Below the pieces are notes generated by a model. It had not been told where the DNA came from. It did not search any database and was given only the letters and a program-made list of their open reading frames with translations. Below are positions 51,900 to 62,428 of a stretch of 64,000 nucleotides of DNA, one piece after another. The number at the start of each line of letters is the position of its first letter. Position 1 is the stretch's first letter. A program made the position numbers and the translations under genes. Origin of the DNA: Sphagnum compactum (lineage: Eukaryota). Where the stretch lies: the NCBI GenBank assembly GCA_965153455.1, contig OZ234493.1:1426001-1490000 (forward strand), read 5' to 3'.

Positions 51900-53700
51900 T
51901 ACTTTTGCTAATTTATGAGCGCACTTGAAGAGGGCAGACACATCTGTGCATGTGCACAGATTGTACAAAGTGGTTGTGAGTCAGATGTCTATGTACATAG
52001 TTGTCTTTTATGTTAAATGTGGAAGCAAAGAGGATGCTGGGAGAATATAAAACTGCAAATGCTCACCACACATGATGTTTTTGCTTGGAATGCAATGCCT
52101 TTTTTGGGACGTGTGAAATGTGGACAGAAGGAGTCAGAACGATTTCAAATGAATGCACAGGGAAGGAAGGGCTGGAGCAAGATGCTGTCACTTTCACAGT
52201 GGTTCTGAAGGTGAGTGGGGTGGGGGTTGCAGCACTTGCAGTGGCCAGGCAATTATGTGAACAAACCATTCAAAGTGGCTGTGAGGCAGATGCCTATGTG
52301 GGAGCATAAAAGGATTGCTCAGAGGACATTCAGCTGGATTTCTGAGATGTGATGTATTTGCTTGGAATTAATGCCATAATTACAAGACATGAGAAATGTG
52401 GGCAAGGACTGAAGGCATTAAGAAATTTCTCGGCAGATGCAACAGGAAGTAATAGAGCATGACACTATCACTTTTGTGGGGGTTCTGAACACACGTGCCA
52501 GTGTAGGGGCACTTGAAGAAGGGAGGCTTGTTCATAAGCAGATTGTTCAAGTGGTTATGAGTTATGAACTCTAATTGTTTCTTGGCAGTGTCCTTGTTGA
52601 CATTTATGCCCCGTGTGGGAGCATTGAGTATGCAGGCAGAGTATTTCAACAAGATGCCCACTTGCAATGTGGTCTCTTGTGATTTGTGGGTGTGCTCAAT
52701 GCATGTGCTTTAGTGCTAGTGTGGTGGCACTTGGAGAGGGCAGATGTATCAATGAACAGATCATACACAATGCAGCCATGAGTCAGATGTTTTTGTGGGT
52801 AATTTTCCTTTTTGACATGTACATATCAAATGTGGGAGCATATACAATGCTTGGAGTGTGTTCAAAAGGATGCAATATGGTTACTTGGAAGACTATGATT
52901 CTTGGAAAGTGAAGTGTGGGTGTGGACACAAGGCATTGAGACTATTTCAACAGATGCAATCTCAAGGGTGGGGTGCGAACCTGTTGCTTTTGTGGGTGTG
53001 CCCCCATTGTATGACCACTTGGAGAGGGCAGGCATGCCCATGAACAAATGATTGAAAGTGGGTTTGAGTCTTATATGGTTGTAGGTTGTAGCCTCATTGA
53101 TATCTCTGCCAAATCGTAAGCATAAGGGATGCTTTGAGAGTTTCCAACAGTGTGTGGGGTGCATGATGTTGTTTCTTGGAGTGCGATCAATTTTTTTGGA
53201 CATGTAAAATGTGGGCAGGGACAGAAGGCATTGGAAGAAGGTGGTGTGGAGGCAGACCCTGTAACCTTTGTGGGACATGTGCCAGTGTCACAACACTTGA
53301 AAGAAAGCAGGTGTCTTGACGAACAGATTCTTCAAAGCTGTTGTGAACCTCATATCTTCATGGGTAACAACTAACAACAGCCACATGGACATGTATGCCA
53401 AATGTGGGAGCGTGAACCATCATAGGGAGTTTTACATTTGGCATTGTGTCTTGGAATGCCATACTTGGAGGCTATGTGATGCATGGATATGCTAACAGAA
53501 GCTGTTGGACATTTCCAGCCAGATGTGTGAAGAGTGTGCAGAGATTATGTCACTTTTGTTTCTCTTCTGTCAACTTGCAGCTGTGTAGCCTTAGCCTGCA
53601 TCTTATATTTAATTTACAGTGTTTTCTGCAACAGTGTAACACTATGCCTGAATGGTGGATCTTCTGGGTCCCACCGGTCATCTGGATGATGTAGGACCTG
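51900..53700 (+). pseudogene. Decayed PLS-class pentatricopeptide repeat (PPR) pseudogene
   Basis: Recurring PLS-PPR fragments in shifting frames with stops: ALEEGR..VHAQIVQSGCESDVYV, CGQGQKAL, VTFVG, DMYAKCGS (53388), VSWNAILGGYVMHG (53446), HYA*MVDLLG.TGHL (53640). No long ORF survives. Confidence 0.85.
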
Positions 53701-54381
53701 GTGAGAGTGCAATGCAAAGTGAATAATAGACCTTGAAGCAGATTGAGAGCATGAAAGGTGAGATGAATTGGCTGATTTAGTGGAGCTTCATTTGCTCTCA
53801 GTTGTCTTTGTGAAGCTTTGGTTCTGTGTTAAAACTTTTTTTTCACTGTTCCAGTCATCATCTAGTGGAGGCCTGAATATCTGACTTGGGCTTTGCTGCT
53901 GCACTTTCAAGCATGTGCTGTTTGGGAAATTGACCAGAAATTAGCTCTTGATTTCTCATTCAAAACCACGGGCCTGGGCAGGTAACTGCTTTGCAGCAGG
54001 ATGTGTGGCTTGTAAGTTGATGCAAGGCAGGAGAAACTGTGCTAAACAATATTGCAGAAGACGACGTGGTGCTGAACAAGAACTGAAGAGCGTAAATCCT
54101 TGTTTGAAACTTGGTTCCTGTGGGTGTAAGAAGAAAAGCTCGGTTCTGTGGACCTTTATTAGCAACCATGGACTTGTAGCAGCACTATCAGCATCACAGC
54201 AGTGAGAAGATCAATGAAGTTGCAAAGAAATCTCCACAACAACAATTAAAGGTAACACGACAATGAGTGCAGTCATAACCTCATGAGAGTCGCTCACAAA
54301 GTGACAGACCATCACCTTCATCACGAACAGCAGTGACGAGCTGCCATGACTACCCACTGAGTTCATCAGCTCCCAACAGTG

Positions 54382-54692
54382 GGTGTAGATAAGCATATAA
54401 TAATCTTCCCAAAAAACTTGGGCAAACCATTATACACAATCTGCGTCCTGAGTTTCTGTTGCCTTTCCGGAAGCAATGGGAAGACTCAGACGTGATGTTG
54501 GCTAGCACTCAGCAGTGAGAAGATGTGCTCACAACTACTCAACTCATACCAATCCTTACACCTTGTTGGATTTGATACCATCAAGTGTAAATAAGCATAC
54601 AACAGTCCATCCAAGATTTTGGGCAAACCACTGTACAAACATCTGCGTGCTCATTTTCTGTTGAGTTTCCAGAACCAATGGAAAGACTCAAA
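54382..54692. repeat. Degenerate duplication of about 110 bp downstream of the AIP2-like gene
   Basis: gtgtaRataagcata...ttgggcaaaccaYt.taca...atctgcgt.ct.a.tttctgttg..tttcc.gaa.caatgg.aagactca at about 54382-54490 and 54585-54692. Confidence 0.7.
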
Positions 54693-55066
54693 GCAACAAA
54701 TTACAACAGAGACAAAACGCAAGGGAGAGAACACATAAAAACTGGCAACTTACAAAACTACTGCATGCTGAAGGTCAAAGATGGGTAGTAGAGGGGAATC
54801 AAAGACCTTGGTTTATGCACATGTGCCTTATAGACAACACACCTAGACAGCAATGGACAGATTTTGAGCAGTAAAAAATAGGCAAACGCCTATCCCCATC
54901 AGATTGTTATTCTGCTTCTACCAACAGAAGAAGGGTCACAAATTATTGGAAGAATAATCTCCTCGACTTGGAGAAAAAGAATCCTTGTTCCACGGTGTGT
55001 TTGCATAAGCCTTCGTATCCTCAATTTCATGGGTGCATCTCAAGATTTTGCAGAAACAAGCAAAAC

Positions 55067-56143
55067 TTAAATGTACATAAACTCCCCACCTCGCAATGCA
55101 TTCTCATAAGCCTTGTTATCTTCATACTCTTCATCATCTGTGCGCATCTGGTAGCGGCAGACAGGGCATGAGTTGTGCTCATCCAGCCAAGGCTTAAGAC
55201 AATCAACATGGAAATCATGCTTGCAGGGCATCACCTGCATCTTGTCGCCCACTGCCATAGCCTCCCGACACACTGCACACTCTGTGACCTGGTCTTCTCC
55301 TCTGCTGCTAAGAAGATCGGCCTGTGTCACTTCTCGTATGGGAAGTTTTGCAACCGCCTCCTTTGATGCTGGTGGCGCACCTCGTGGCACACTTGCAGCA
55401 TCCTCAAGTGTGGCTTGAATGGCCTCCTCTAGACCCACAAATTCACCATCCAAGACTTGACTGGCATTCACTCTGTTGATTATTGCCTGAATTTCATCTC
55501 TAAGCTGCTGAGCTGCAATCTCTTCTGTTGTTTCAGGGATGTCCTCTTCTACACCATCTTGGTCAGTTTCTCGTGCAGGCACAGCAGGCACAGAAGCAGC
55601 ACCAGCACCAGCAGGCTCTGTCTCCATCTCTGGAAAATTTCTTCCTCTACTAATAAGAGAAGCAAAAGCATTCTGTGCTTGAAGCCAATGAGGGGGAAGA
55701 GGCTCAGAATCCACCGTCAACTGACCTTCAAACAAGAAACCAGAACTAGTGCCAGCCCGCATGGTGGCAGGCAGATTGTCTTCCTCCTGTTCAGAGGGTT
55801 TCTCTCCCAGAAATGCATGTGCCTGTTGAACAAAGGAAAGCATCTTCTTGCTCTGCTCAGGTTGTTTGACCACTGCGGCTGTGGATTCAAACAGATGAAG
55901 ACCAGATTTCCAAAAGCCAGGAGCAGTGAACCTTGTCGTCAGTACAGTTGCTGCTCTGCACACGGCTGTATACAACAGGGCTTGATCTGATGGTACCGCT
56001 GTCGCATAGCGATGTTGCACTAAACCGGTCAAAGCGCTTGTTGCTGTCTCAAATGTCTGTTTCTTCTGCAGTTGCTTTTGTAAACCTTCCACTAAGGCTC
56101 TCAACGATTCTCCATCCGAAGTACTACCCGCCTCCTTCTCCAT
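55067..56143 (-). CDS. AIP2: RING-H2 E3 ubiquitin ligase, AIP2 (ABI3-interacting protein 2)-like; intronless, 358 aa
   Basis: One ORF. N-terminal LQKQL.KKQTFE...LYTAVCRAATVLTTRFTAPGFWKSGL, GFLFEGQLTVD.EP..P.WL.AQN, APPASKEAVAKLP, RING-H2 CAVC...PCKH.FH..C..PWLDEHNSCPVCR, C-terminal ENALRGGEFMYI typical of AIP2. Confidence 0.9.
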   Translation of the reverse strand: MEKEAGSTSDGESLRALVEGLQKQLQKKQTFETATSALTGLVQHRYATAVPSDQALLYTAVCRAATVLTTRFTAPGFWKSGLHLFESTAAVVKQPEQSKKMLSFVQQAHAFLGEKPSEQEEDNLPATMRAGTSSGFLFEGQLTVDSEPLPPHWLQAQNAFASLISRGRNFPEMETEPAGAGAASVPAVPARETDQDGVEEDIPETTEEIAAQQLRDEIQAIINRVNASQVLDGEFVGLEEAIQATLEDAASVPRGAPPASKEAVAKLPIREVTQADLLSSRGEDQVTECAVCREAMAVGDKMQVMPCKHDFHVDCLKPWLDEHNSCPVCRYQMRTDDEEYEDNKAYENALRGGEFMYI

Positions 56144-56561
56144 CTCTCTCGCTTCAAAATTCCCAAATCTTTTACCCTAAATTCCTATCCCCGCTTGTTA
56201 AGATCGCACATACACCGACCAAATGTCTTCCGACCATATGGAGGGATCCGAATTCTATTGCGGAAAAGAAAGACACCACCCAAAACAGAACCAACAAAGA
56301 ACCTGTCTGAGAGCTCTGTCTCTCTCTCTCTATGCTCTCTCTCACAAATTCTGAAGCAACACTACCAACTACAATCTGAGCACCATGCAGTCCCTGCTCG
56401 GCGAATTGGGAGAAGGAATGGATTCCAACAGCTGCGAATGAAGAGAGAGAGAGAGAGGAGAGAGGTAGAGACGAGACAGTGGAGTGGAAAGCAAAGCCGA
56501 AGCTTCTCAACAAAACTTGCTCTACAAACCTAAGACATCCCCAAACCCTAAAAGTGTAGCC

Positions 56562-57227
56562 CTGGGTTGGGCGGTGATCAGAAATAAGAACAGATACCCG
56601 AAGGTTATTAGAGCGGCCTTTAAGTATGAGACAAGGGTCTGCATTTAGACCCTTATGAGAATTTCAGCCCCACCTTCGGCATTTAGACCCTTCACCTATG
56701 TAAAAGAAATGCCCATATTTCCTTCCCAGTTTTGGAGAACATTTTGAAAACTGGATGCTTATGCAATTCGTAAGGTCTTATTAACCGTTGATCAGGATCT
56801 TACATTGGTCATAAGATCCTTGTTGACCGTTGATTGGGATCACCTTAAGTTTCCTAACTTCTCTGACCTATGGTTGAAGTTGGGTAAGATCTCTTGTGGG
56901 TTGTCACCAACCCACCATTCACGTACCTCACAATTAAGACAAAAAAAACAAAAAAAACCCCGATCTTGATGTATGACGAGGGTTCTCGAAACAAGTTAAC
57001 AATTCAAGTAACCGCCTCTAAAACCATCTGTTATTTGTCAGCTCTTTCATGAAGGGTTCTTTCCTGTTTTTTCAATGAATGAAACCCGGCGGTTCTATGA
57101 TTCTGATTATTATTATTATTATTATTGTTTAAAAAAAATCTCAACCGATGGTTCTCTGATTCTGAAATATTCAAAACATCAGGGTCGATGGTTATTAACC
57201 AACTCAATACTTACCCGCCCAACACTG
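56562..57227. mobile_element. Possible hAT-type non-autonomous element upstream of the AIP2-like gene
   Basis: Imperfect TIRs: CTGGGTTGGGCGG (56562) versus the reverse complement of CCGCCCAACACTG (ends 57227), 11 of 13 matching. No intact 8-bp TSD. Confidence 0.4.
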
Positions 57228-57964
57228 GTCTGGAGTCTGGAGCACTGTTGGCCTTGTATGTATATACATTTCAACTATTGTTGTGTGGTTCTATGTTTTT
57301 TTCGGGAGATTTGGAGCTTTTTTAATTTATTAAAAGCTTTTTCTGGAACCTTTGCCTAAGGTTTTGATTTTTTGATTTTTTTTTAATATACCAAAACCTC
57401 CAGTTAAGGTTAAAGTTTCTTCCCCAAGCAAGCATAAGGGGTCCTTGAGTATTAGGGTTTAAGTTTTTCCGACAAAGGGGGTGATTCAGGTAGTGATTAT
57501 GATTTAAGGTTGTCAATTAGATTGTCAGAACAAATAAATTTTGATAATCAAGTTGCGATAGAACTATGAAGAAAGGAAGCCCCATGGAGTCATTTTCTTG
57601 GTGCTCTAAATTCATGTCAAAACAAGAATTTTCTCATTTATATTGTGAATCTTGAGCATCAAAAATGTTGACTATTGAGGAGTTTACACCAAATCTAAAA
57701 TCAGACACTACGACCATCAGGCCTAAGAATTGGAACCTTCTTGGGAAATCTTTTTTTGTGGATAGCAATTCTGAAAAAAATTTGAAAATGTTGATTCTAG
57801 GGTTTTGCTTTCAAATTCGAATCATGTAAATAGATGGATCCTAGGTTAGAGTTTAGCTCTGGTTATTGAGTCATGGGTCATAGATTCGCTTTACTCTTAA
57901 CCCTTAACCTCCAAGTATTACCCCCAGTCTCAGACAACTGCTGCGCTAGTTTCAAGTTTCAACA

Positions 57965-60451
57965 TCTACTTATATAATATCCTTGGGTGGTCGTCCTTTC
58001 CATCCATCCGTCCCTTCATCTGTTTCGACATCCATTCATCCAAGTTCCTCATCCCGGAAGAAGAAGATGATGGAAGAGGAGGAGGAGGAGGAGGAGGAAT
58101 GGCGGCAGCAACAGTTTATCCAAATGTTTATGCGATCCAATCCTGTAGTCTTGCAATTTGCCAAAAGTTACAAACTGATTTTTAAAAACTAAAAATTGTT
58201 GAAAAAAAAATGAGAAACGAGAGAATAAATCTTTTGAAAACAACACAAGAAATTTCAAATTAAAAAAGAAAAAAACAAGTTATTAATAAATAAATAGAAT
58301 GAAACAAAGTTGTAACAAAAAAAGAAAAAAACTGAACAAATATATATTTTTCAAAGGGAAAAAACTAGGAAAAAAAAAAACAAAAAACACTTTAACAATT
58401 AGAAACTTTTTAAAAACACTTTGAAATAGAAAAAAAATGAAAACATATAAAATAAATATATTTAAACATGAAACAAAAAAGGGAAATACAGTAAAATAAT
58501 CTTAAAAGAAAATCAAAAAATAGATGACAAAAACTAAGAAACAAAACAGTGAGCAAAAGAAAGAGAAAAAAAACCATACTTGAAAAAAAATGATGTTTGT
58601 CTTTTTTTTCCAAACTTCAAACCTGCATCTAATCAAACAAAAATACAAAAGTTTTTTAAAATTATTTTCATTATAACACATATTAGAAAAACTAGATTTT
58701 TTTGAAAAAGAAAATAGAAACAAAATAAATAAATAAATAAATAAATGCATAAAAATAGAAAAAAATGAAGATAGACAAAATAAAAATAGAAAAAATAAAA
58801 CCATGAAACAAACATAAACAAAAAAAAAGTAAAAACGCAAAAACTATAAAAAAAAGGAATGGAAACAAATGAAACAAGGAAAGGGAAATACAATAAAATA
58901 ATTTTAAAAGAAAAAAAAATTTAAATGAAGAAACCAAATAAAGAGTAAAAAATAATAAAAATAAAACTTATAATAATGAAGAAGAACCTTACTTGAAAAA
59001 GAATGAGGTGTGTCTTCTTTTTCCAAACTTCAAACTTGCATCCAAATAAACAAAAATATAAAAGTGAAAAAGAAACACTTTATTTTTATTATACAAAATA
59101 ATAATAAAAACAGAAAACACATAAAAATAAAAAATAAAAAAGATAAAAGTTTCTAGAAAAAACTAAAACGTGAACCAAGTTTGAAGAAACCGGAGGACTT
59201 CGCAATGCTCGAAGGTCACGGGTACCCACTAAATAATGTTTTAGGTGTCTGTCTGTCTGATCATCCTCCTTGGGGGTAAGGGGGTTAGGGTTAGCACGCC
59301 CTTCATAAACACGTTTCAAAAGAAGAAAGCTTGGAATGTGCCCAAATCCTCCATAAATCTTGGCAATTTCAAAACCTGTATTTTCCTCCTCAAAATGTTT
59401 TTCCCTCCTGTAAATGTGGCGATTTAGTTTTCTTTTTGGAAATTTTCCAAAACACTTGCTTCACCATGTATGTTTTCATGGGGGACTTTTCAGCGGATTT
59501 TTGCCACAAAAAAATAAAAATGAAATTAGTTGCTTTGCGCCTTTGTGTGTCTCCGAAGGTCACGGGTACCCACTATATATAAAATAATACAAAATAATAA
59601 TAAAAACAGAAAACACATAAAAATAAAAAATAAAAAAGATAAAAGTTTCTAGGAAAAACTAAAACATGAACCAAGTTTGAAAAAACCGGGGGACTTCACA
59701 GTGCCCGCAGGTCACGAGTACCCACTATATATAATATTTTAGGTGTCTATTTGTCCGGTCGTCCTCCTTGGGGGTAAGGGGGTTAGGGTTAGCACTGGAT
59801 TATAATGGATTATGGAGTAGGTTCAAAATTATTCTTTACTATTTTACTCAGTAATGGTAGAGATAAAGCCGTGTATAAAGTCAAGGTTTGCATACGTCAA
59901 TGGTCATTTTTTACTTTGCTTTTGTAAGTGCATCCCAACTTGACTGCCTTTAATTGGGGCTATGATGTGCATTGGGTCATCAATTTAAACTATTTTTAGA
60001 ACATGTGGGCATTGGACACGACTCCACCTAGCTCGCCCGGCCCACCCCCCCAAGATGCAAAACATTATTTCCCCACCAAACTTAAGGGGGTTAGGGTTAG
60101 CACGCCTTTCATAAACGCGTTTCAAAAGAAGAAAGCTTGGAATCTGCCCAAATCCTCCACAAATCTTGGCAATTTCAAAACCTTTTTTTTTTCTCCTCAA
60201 AATGTGCCGATTTCAAAACTCTTTTTTTTCACCCTCCTAAAAATGTGGCAATTTAGTTTTTTTTTTGGAAATTTTCCAAAACGCTCGCTTCACCATGTAT
60301 GTTTTCATGGGGGACTTTTCAACGGATTTTCGCCACAAAAAATAAATAAAATAAAAATAAAATAAGCTGTTTTGCACCTTTGTGTGTGTCTCTCTCGGTT
60401 TAAAGAAACCAAGGGACTTCACAGTGTCCAAAGGTCACGAGTACCCACTAG
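57965..60451 (+). mobile_element. Compound non-autonomous Helitron-like element with internal duplications
   Basis: A|TCTACTTATATAATATCC...CCATCCATCCGTCCC 5' end; final end GGTCACGAGTACCCACTAG|T at 60451. The same GGTCACGRGTACCCACTA terminal motif also lies at about 59214-59232, 59559-59576 and 59710-59728. Large internal direct repeats. Confidence 0.7.
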
Positions 60452-62428
60452 TACCAATATAATATATGTATCAAGGACTATTTCAATTTGTATATATTAG
60501 TCTATGATAAGTAGGTAGTGGGAAATCATATCATTTTCACATAGGAGATTGCTTTTTATAGCAAGGCAAAAATTCTTCTTAAGTTGGGATGTAATGAAAA
60601 GACAAGGGGCATAGTAAGTTCCTAGTTACTTGCTGAATATGCATCAATGACACAGAAATCAACTGGAAACGTAAACCACATAATTTCACACATTCATCCT
60701 GTCAATTGTGGAAATATACGAGTTTAAATGAGAAATGCTCATAATCCTATTAGATGTACTGGCTATGGGTCTACAGGGTTCAGATTGCTTCGATTTCACT
60801 TTCTTGAACATCAATGGACCTTTGGCAAATCATAAGTTTTTCCTGACACCCAAACCATACATAACACACATTGTTTGATATAGAAAACGTTGAGATAACA
60901 CTTTAATAATTAGAACACACAACACTCACTCTGGAATGCCCAAACAGAAATCCCATATGCAACATAACACCATTAACTTTTGGTGAAAAGTGATGAAGCT
61001 CAAAATTGAAAACTACAGATCTTTACTCTACAGATCTTTACTCAACAAGTAAACTTCTGAAAGTTTTACAAATGCAACCCACTAGGCTACTTCTAGAATG
61101 TAATGCCCAAACAGAAACTTAGGTGTAAAAATCAAACAATTTCGTGGTCCCAATTTTTTGGGTACTCTTTTCTTTCAAATAACAAGATCTAAACCACCCC
61201 AAAACAGTTCCCACTCATAATGATTTCTTTGCCAAGATGGTCACTCACAAAATCCCTAACATTATTCATCATCCTCTTGATCATGGACCCAGATTTGTAA
61301 TTCTACATTGTATTCTCCTAAAAGTTACACGACGTAGCAGAAAGAACAAACACAACCTCCATTGGAAAACCTACAATGTCCACGTTGTGGGCATCCATCC
61401 GTTCAACACTTCCAACATCACCAAAAAACTGACCACCTCTCAAAAACACTGAAAATCCTAAATACTTATCTCTACGCGATTGTCAAAATTCTTGACATCC
61501 TTCCTTCTTAAGTTCCTTAACGATCCCGCCTTCATTGATGTCCAAGCCAAGAGAAATCTTCATAGTCGTAGCACACCACATAGGCACCATAAAAAGCTCG
61601 CGCGTTGTCAATCATAATAGGCCAACATGTTCATATTCTGCAACCAAACAAAAAATAGAAAACACTCCCACTCCCCGTCAACTACTAAAAGCTTTCAACT
61701 TTTGATGGTTGCTGTTATGATATCATCCAATTAGGTTATCATCTTGAGATTTTTCATCATAGGGATTCCTATTCCTGGATGGCAATCAAAAGGTCCCAGA
61801 ACCACATAAAGCACTTGGAGAAATTTCCATAATATATTGGAAGGCATCTTATATTTGTGATTATCCCTCCTAGAAAGTACCAAGTATCATACCCTTTCCA
61901 TGCCCTACATCCCTCCCTTTCCTTCTCCTTAGAGTGGGAGGGATCTGACGGCTTGAGCCTTCTCACTCTTAAGGATTAAGTGTAAAAATTAGTGTTCACA
62001 GGTTTTTGGTTGGGTCTGGGTCTAAAAAACACATTCAGAGGGTCTACATGAACTTGGACCAAACCTTAAAATTAGACCCAATGGATCTACCTGGACTTGT
62101 TGTAAAATTGAATTCGGATAGTTTTAAGGTTTTTTTACAAGGTTCAGGTCACTACTAGGTAAGGTTAGGTCCTTGGGTTTAAATACAATTCAAGGTTTTT
62201 AAGTTATAGGGTCTTAGGTTTAAGTCCTAAAGTTCTAAGTTCGAAGACTTTAAGGTTCTAAAGTCTTAGTCCTAAGCTTAAGATATAAAGGTATCTCCAA
62301 TTATAGCACTAAAACGATTTTCACGTAATTTATTGGATTCTGGAAAACCTTTGAATAATGTGAAATTCATTTTGGACTTTGCGCGTTTAAACTTTGGATG
62401 TTAGAGCCACACTGTAGGATGAAATGGA

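Noticed and set aside
4382..56143. Co-occurrence of PUB, proteasome PBB and AIP2-like genes as a ubiquitin-proteasome gene cluster
   Set aside because: E3 ligase genes are very numerous in plant genomes, and these genes are far apart with unrelated genes between them; chance co-location is sufficient.
58410..58937. Phe-rich minus-strand ORFs resembling membrane proteins (also 28704-29308)
   Set aside because: Artefacts of poly-A/T low-complexity DNA.
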